A program made the translations under genes and the position numbers. From contig NC_068985.1 in assembly GCF_001194135.2 (NCBI RefSeq), positions 65,951,252-65,991,252 on the forward strand: a DNA stretch of 40,001 bases. Direction: 5' to 3'. How positions within the stretch are numbered: position 1 is the stretch's first letter; every line of letters begins with the position of its first letter. The stretch is from Octopus bimaculoides (Eukaryota). The notes beneath the pieces were generated by a model. The model did no database searches. It saw only the letters and a list, made by a program, of their open reading frames with translations, and was not told the DNA's origin. Below, piece after piece: positions 34,561-40,001 of the stretch.

Positions 34561-36530
34561 AGAGAGGGAGAATTCACAAAAAAAAACAAAAGACAAAGAC
34601 AGGTGGTGTAGACAGCAAACAGATGTATTAGTTTAACACTCGGGAAGTGAAAAAGTCTTTAATGTTTTGAACCTTCACTCTTCCACAGAAAGGAACACAA
34701 AAAGAAACAAAGACAGAAAATAAAGAATGTATAGTGGCTAATAATCTATCATGGCAAATGCCAGACATAGGGGTCCCACAGGAGATCTAGGAAGAAGGAG
34801 AGATAATAAAGTAGTGGTGATCCCAAAAGTGTAGGTGTGTGGATGATGGTGTGGGGCTGGGAAGTGGTCAGTACTAGTGTGTGCATGGTCGTGTGATGTG
34901 ATGTGGTGTTGTGTGGTATGAAGGTGTATGGTGTGGTGGTATGTGGTGTGGTGGTATTGTTGGGATATGGGGGAGGCGAGAGTGGGGAAAGCAAAGGTAG
35001 GGTGTGGATTAGGCTGAGGGTGGGGGTAGAGGTGTGGTTTAGGGAGAGGGTGTAAGGGATGAGGTGGGGTGGGATGGGATGGATAGGGAAGGTGGGATTG
35101 GATTGTGTGGGGGTGGGGTTAAGAGGGAGGGGTGACGATGAAGGGAGAGGGAGAAGGGAGAAGGTGGGTAGGAGTGAAGAGAAGAAAGAGAGTAGAAGTG
35201 GAGAGAAGTAGGAGTCAGAGCAAGAGAGGAGANNNNNNNNNNNNNNNNNNNNNNNNNNNNNNNNNNNNNNNNNNNNNNNNNNNNNNNNNNNNNNNNNNNN
35301 NNNNNNNNNNNNNNNNNNNNNNNNNNNNNNNNNNNNNNNNNNNNNNNNNNNNNNNNNNNNNNNNNNNNNNNNNNNNNNNNNNNNNNNNNNNNNNNNNNNN
35401 NNNNNNNNNNNNNNNNNNNNNNNNNNNNNNNNNNNNNNNNNNNNNNNNNNNNNNNNNNNNNNNNNNNNNNNNNNNNNNNNNNNNNNNNNNNNNNNNNNNN
35501 NNNNNNNNNNNNNNNNNNNNNNNNNNNNNNNNNNNNNNNNNNNNNNNNNNNNNNNNNNNNNNNNNNNNNNNNNNNNNNNNNNNNNNNNNNNNNNNNNNNN
35601 NNNNNNNNNNNNNNNNNNNNNNNNNNNNNNNNNNNNNNNNNNNNNNNNNNNNNNNNNNNNNNNNNNNNNNNNNNNNNNNNNNNNNNNNNNNNNNNNNNNN
35701 NNNNNNNNNNNNNNNNNNNNNNNNNNNNNNNNNNNNNNNNNNNNNNNNNNNNNNNNNNNNNNNNNNNNNNNNNNNNNNNNNNNNNNNNNNNNNNNNNNNN
35801 NNNNNNNNNNNNNNNNNNNNNNNNNNNNNNNNNNNNNNNNNNNNNNNNNNNNNNNNNNNNNNNNNNNNNNNNNNNNNNNNNNNNNNNNNNNNNNNNNNNN
35901 NNNNNNNNNNNNNNNNNNNNNNNNNNNNNNNNNNNNNNNNNNNNNNNNNNNNNNNNNNNNNNNNNNNNNNNNNNNNNNNNNNNNNNNNNNNNNNNNNNNN
36001 NNNNNNNNNNNNNNNNNNNNNNNNNNNNNNNNNNNNNNNNNNNNNNNNNNNNNNNNNNNNNNNNNNNNNNNNNNNNNNNNNNNNNNNNNNNNNNNNNNNN
36101 NNNNNNNNNNNNNNNNNNNNNNNNNNNNNNNNNNNNNNNNNNNNNNNNNNNNNNNATGCTCTAGCAAGGCTGGTGTGGATAGTGGTGAGGGGATATCCAC
36201 GAAGGATGAAGTCTCAAAGTCATGGTCGTCACTGCAGAGCCTGCGTAGATGGAAGAATTGGGAATAGGGGATGGAAAGCTTGGTGTGTTTAGGGTGGGAG
36301 GAGGAGAAGTTGAGGAATGTGAGTCTGTGTGTTTGTAGTGGATGGAGGTGGTGAGAGTGGAGTGATGAATGCTGACCGAAATATCAAGAAAGGAGACAGA
36401 GGTGTCAGAGATAGTGCAGGAGAAGTGGAGGGCAGGATGGAAAGATTTGACAGAAGAGAGGAAGGAGTCTAGATGTTCATGGGAGAGTGAGTTCACACCG
36501 ATACTGTCGGTGAGCCCTGTTCAAGCACTC
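34561..36530 (-). mobile_element. 5'-truncated PLE (RT C-terminal fragment plus C-rich tail) spanning a gap
   Basis: 36158-36496 translates across a frameshift to SFHPALHFSCTISDTSVSFLDISVSI...TTSIHYKHTDSHS / LNFSSSHPKHTKLSIPYSQFFHLRRLCSDD, typical of PLE RT. The tail abuts (TA)n at about 34550. Continuity across the gap is inferred. Confidence 0.7.
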
Positions 36531-36899
36531 AGTTATAATTCATATTGTAGGTAACCATATTGAGGAGTAAGGAGCACCTAGGATTACTTGAAGTAGGCAA
36601 TCCCAATGTATTTCATTCAACTGGTAAATCCGGGATCTGCTTCAGTGGATAATAAGTACTTCACAGTAGTTCACAATAAGGAGATAAATACATCTGCATA
36701 TTTTTTTTTTCTATAGTCAGTTATACAGAATATTTGATTTAAATGCTTCTGATGCACATGCTGCTACAACATTGATATCCCAGAATCTGCATTTGCACCC
36801 AATTACATTCATCCAGTTATTAATCTATGCAATTATATTTAAAGTTCAGGAAAATTTCTGAATTCTAGAACAAAAAAGACCACAGTAAAATAGTTAATA

Positions 36900-38310
36900 A
36901 TAATAATAATAATAATTTAAAAGGATTGGCATGACTCAACACAAAGGTATATACACAATATGAAGAGTGTGATGCGATTGCAATAGATATCTTATTGGCT
37001 TGAAGGATATTTCGACAGCTTGTCTGTCTTTGTCGAGTTCAAAATGAAAAGTGATACATAAAAATTCAAAATTATAGAAATTCAAAAGTTTGAACGAGGA
37101 GATCCTGCGTTTCTACTTTAACAGAATGACATCATCAGTCTTCAATTTTCAATTTTACAACTGGCAAAAAGAAAAAGAAAAATATTCAATCAAACAGTTT
37201 TCTGTATGTGATGAAATTCCCATCATTTTGTTCATTCCTCCTGGGCGTGATGTTAAGAACTCAAACATATTTCTTCTCAAGCATTTTGAGAACTGAAAAT
37301 GTAGTAGATTCAGAATATTTTCTGAGAATATGCACTTTCAAGTCTTTTTCAAAGTTGCAGCTGTTTGATGTAAAATGTTCAGCAAGTTCTGTCAAACTAC
37401 TGTTATTGTGTCTGACGTCATACCTGTGCCTGTTGAATCTTTTGTTTGATTGTTCTGTCATACAACCAACATGAATCAAGTTGTGTTTGGTGCATTCTGC
37501 CGCATACACCAAATGAGAATCTCTACATGTCCCACCCTCTGTATAAATCATACCATTTTTGTTATGATTCCTGATGGAAGTCACTTGACTCATGTTATTG
37601 CATAATGATTTTCAAGATACAGCACGCAGAAACTCTAATGTTAGTTTTCTTGAAGTTAGAAACAGAGGTTGATAGTTCTCTTATATTTTTCTTCTGTCTA
37701 AGTGTTACAATAGGTGGCTGAGGGAATATTTGTTTGAAACAAGGATATTTTTCTGCAACATGCTGGCAACTTTCATGTAACACTTTTGAAATGCTAGTGA
37801 AATTTTGGTGCCAGTTAATCACTAAAGGAATTCTGTCACATATTTTACTTTGTTTGCTAAAATTATGTGCGATAGTTTGACTTTCCTTGCTAATCTTAGC
37901 TATGTCATTTGCAATTTCCTTTAATCGTAATTCACTGTAACTGAGTCTGACATAATGATATACAAAAGAATTTGCATGTTTCCAGTAATCACCTATATCA
38001 GTATCAATCTGTTTTATCCTGAAATATTGGGATTTCAGATTTAACCGAATTATATGATGTGGATGATTGGAGTGATGGTGGAAGTAAATGTGGGATGACG
38101 TGGGCTTGCAAAATAACTCTGTCAATATTCTGCCTCCAGAAAACTTAACTTTTCTGTCCAAAAATTCAATGCTAGTTTTTGAAAAACTAGACATAAATTT
38201 TATGTTGGACTTAAAGCCATAAGTTTTAGTATAACAGTCACAGAAATGCAAGAAGTCAGTTAAACTATCCTGTGATCCTTCCCTCAGAAAAAATAAACTG
38301 ACTCCTTAAG
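36900..38310 (-). mobile_element. 5'-truncated PLE: RT C-terminus/thumb plus GIY-YIG
   Basis: ORF 37595..38251 contains IKFMSSFSKTSIEFLD...TELFCKPTSSHIYFHHHSNHPHH...IPLVINWH...PPIVTLR. ORF 37261..37593 contains LVYAAECTKHNLIHVG...RFNRHR...LAEHF. Confidence 0.85.
37000..37042 (-). ncRNA. Degenerate hammerhead-like motif at the 3' end of a PLE
   Basis: Minus strand reads UUGAAC-UCGACAA-A-GACAG ACAAG CUGUC-GAAA-UAUC-CUUCAA. It has a 5-bp stem II, GAAA, and a 5-bp stem I with a C-C mismatch next to the core. The core itself is non-canonical. Confidence 0.4.
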
Positions 38311-38663
38311 AGAATCAACTGAGTGAATTGGTTGATGACCATTAAGCAAAAACTAATGACCAAATCCCTATAAGGAAGTCAACCAAGCAGAACGTCAAAC
38401 TTGACCAGAATAAAAACAGGTTTTTTATGTAAATAAAGTGATGTCATGAAACCTACTACGGATCAAAACTTGTTCCTATGTACAGGGAACCAACCAACCA
38501 AAACACTAATACCAAAACAAAATAAAGTTTTTTACCAAAAACATCCACCATAAAGAATAAGACATCAAAATTATAATTAATCAAAAATTAGGTCCTTTTG
38601 TAGCGCTCCCCACATCTGTTTCTCTATCTATACATTTCTTCACTTCCATATCTCTGTACTGTC

Positions 38664-38925
38664 TTAAATTCATGATTATTTATGTATTTCTGTCCTCTAC
38701 CTCACCCAAGTTATCCCTCCCTTTAAAAATTACGATTTAACTCTCATTTCTGTTACCGATTTAAATTCATGACTATTTGTGTATCTCCTTCCTCTACCTC
38801 ACCCAAGCTATCGCCTTCCCTCCCACCTTCTTGAAGTTATGCTCTTTAACCCAAACCTGCCTGAAATTTTGTCTGTCCTCCCTTTAAAAATTACGATTTA
38901 ACTCTCATTTCTGTTACCGATTTAA
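38664..38925 (+). repeat. Mosaic direct duplication A-B-A'-spacer-B
   Basis: An identical 49-mer occurs at 38716-38764 and 38877-38925. A ~52-nt near-copy occurs at 38664-38715 and 38761-38812. Confidence 0.85.
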
Positions 38926-39071
38926 GCATTTAATCTCACGGTTTAAACACTGCTGTGTCTCATTCAACTTTGTTTCTAAGTACCCAAGAAACCTTACCAG
39001 TCTGATGTACTGCTTCCTGTTCCTCTCTCTCGCTCGCTCTCTCTCCCCCTCTCTCTCTGTGNNNNNNNNNN

Positions 39072-40001
39072 CAACTTCCATCCTTAGCTGTCTCCCGCGA
39101 ACACTGCTAGTGACCTTATAACTCCCCTCCCCTCTTATCGACCTTATAGCGCATAAAGATTGGGTAGTATATGAAGGTTGTAAGTATTGTTTTGTTTTAT
39201 GAATTCTGCCAAATGCAAGCTTTCTTTTCAGGTACACGACACTGCTTTCCCCCATCCCAGGGTCAGGATTGGCACTCTCAACGTCGGCACACTGAAAAGT
39301 AGGTATGATGAGATTGTTGAGATGCTTGAACGGCGACGCATAGATCTGTGCTGCATCCAGGAAGTATGATGGAGAGGAGGTTCTGCGAGGTTCCTCACAG
39401 GCAAAGAACACAGGTACAAGATTTTCTGGACGGAACACTGACGGGGCCGGGGGCGTAGGAATACTTCTAGCAGAGAAATGGATTGATAAGGTAATTGAGG
39501 TAGTTAGAGTATGTGACAGAGTACTTAAGATTAGACTAGTGCTTCATCATAGATTAGCTACTGTCATCTCAGCCTATGCCCCTCAACCGGGGCTCCCGGA
39601 GGGGCTGAAAGACCAATTTTCTATGACACCCTCTTGCAAACTACCTCGTTGACGAGTGACAGGGACCTTCTCTTTGTGGCTGGAGACTTCAATGGTCATG
39701 TTGGACGTCGTGCTGGAGGCTTCCATGGCATACATGGAGGTTATGGCTTCGGTTCCCGCAACGAGGAGGGAACTAGACTGCTAGAGTTCTGTGATGCAAT
39801 CGATCTTATGGTCTGCAATACCAACTTCAGGAAACCTGCCAGTCACCTAGTCACCCACCGATCTGGCAGACACTCTAGCCAAATCGACTACATCCTCGCC
39901 AGAAATAGGGAAAGAGGGTGGCTTATAAATGCCAAAACCTTCCCTGGCGAAGAATGTACCCCACAACATAGATTAGTAGTTAGCGACTTCGGGATCAAGG
40001 C
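39072..40001 (+). mobile_element. RTE LINE 5' UTR and APE domain, same family as 6231-8518, running off the window
   Basis: High nucleotide similarity to 6231-7150. Translates MNSAKCKLSFQVHDTAFPHPRVRIGTLNVGTLK..DLCCIQEV. Confidence 0.92.

Larger units (their letters stand above)
2898..39071. other. Assembly gaps at 2898-3058, 3238-3247, 4161-4883, 6221-6230, 11665-11808, 35233-36155 and 39062-39071
   Basis: Runs of N. Confidence 0.99.

Noticed and set aside
34654-34692. Possible hammerhead in the PLE tail (minus strand tggaaga...aaaacatt)
   Set aside because: The core and GAAA are both mutated and stem I is not clean. It may be a decayed ribozyme, but this copy cannot support the call.
34749-36292. 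Long ORFs of 483 and 386 aa (also 4084..4932)
   Set aside because: They are open only because they run through N gaps.
1-40001. CRISPR arrays, rRNA and true tRNA genes
   Set aside because: There are no repeat-spacer arrays or rRNA-like tracts. The tRNA-like A/B boxes all belong to SINE heads and lack cloverleaf structure.

Overview
AT-rich, repeat-dense animal genomic DNA with seven assembly gaps. The SINE, RTE and microsatellite content resembles octopus or another coleoid cephalopod; this is recognition from memory, not a database result. I support one host gene: a spliced, minus-strand gene whose three visible coding exons (25195-24561, 15301-15019, 13830-13715) join in frame through GT-AG introns. 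They give a Pro/Gln/Asn-rich protein ending in a single BEN domain, and the last exon is missing from the ORF track. The rest is mostly decayed mobile DNA: RTE LINEs, a Tx1/L1-group LINE, five Penelope-like (PLE) fragments, three SINE families, a deleted mariner, a Helitron-like element, and pogo-like and Gypsy gag fragments. The most unusual layer is a set of foldback (inverted-repeat) elements beside (TA)n tracts. Two of them carry minimal type I hammerhead-ribozyme motifs, and some of the hammerhead motifs have non-canonical cores (CCGAUGA, UCGACAA). Most ORFs in the track are microsatellite or N-gap artefacts. All alignments and folds were done by eye.
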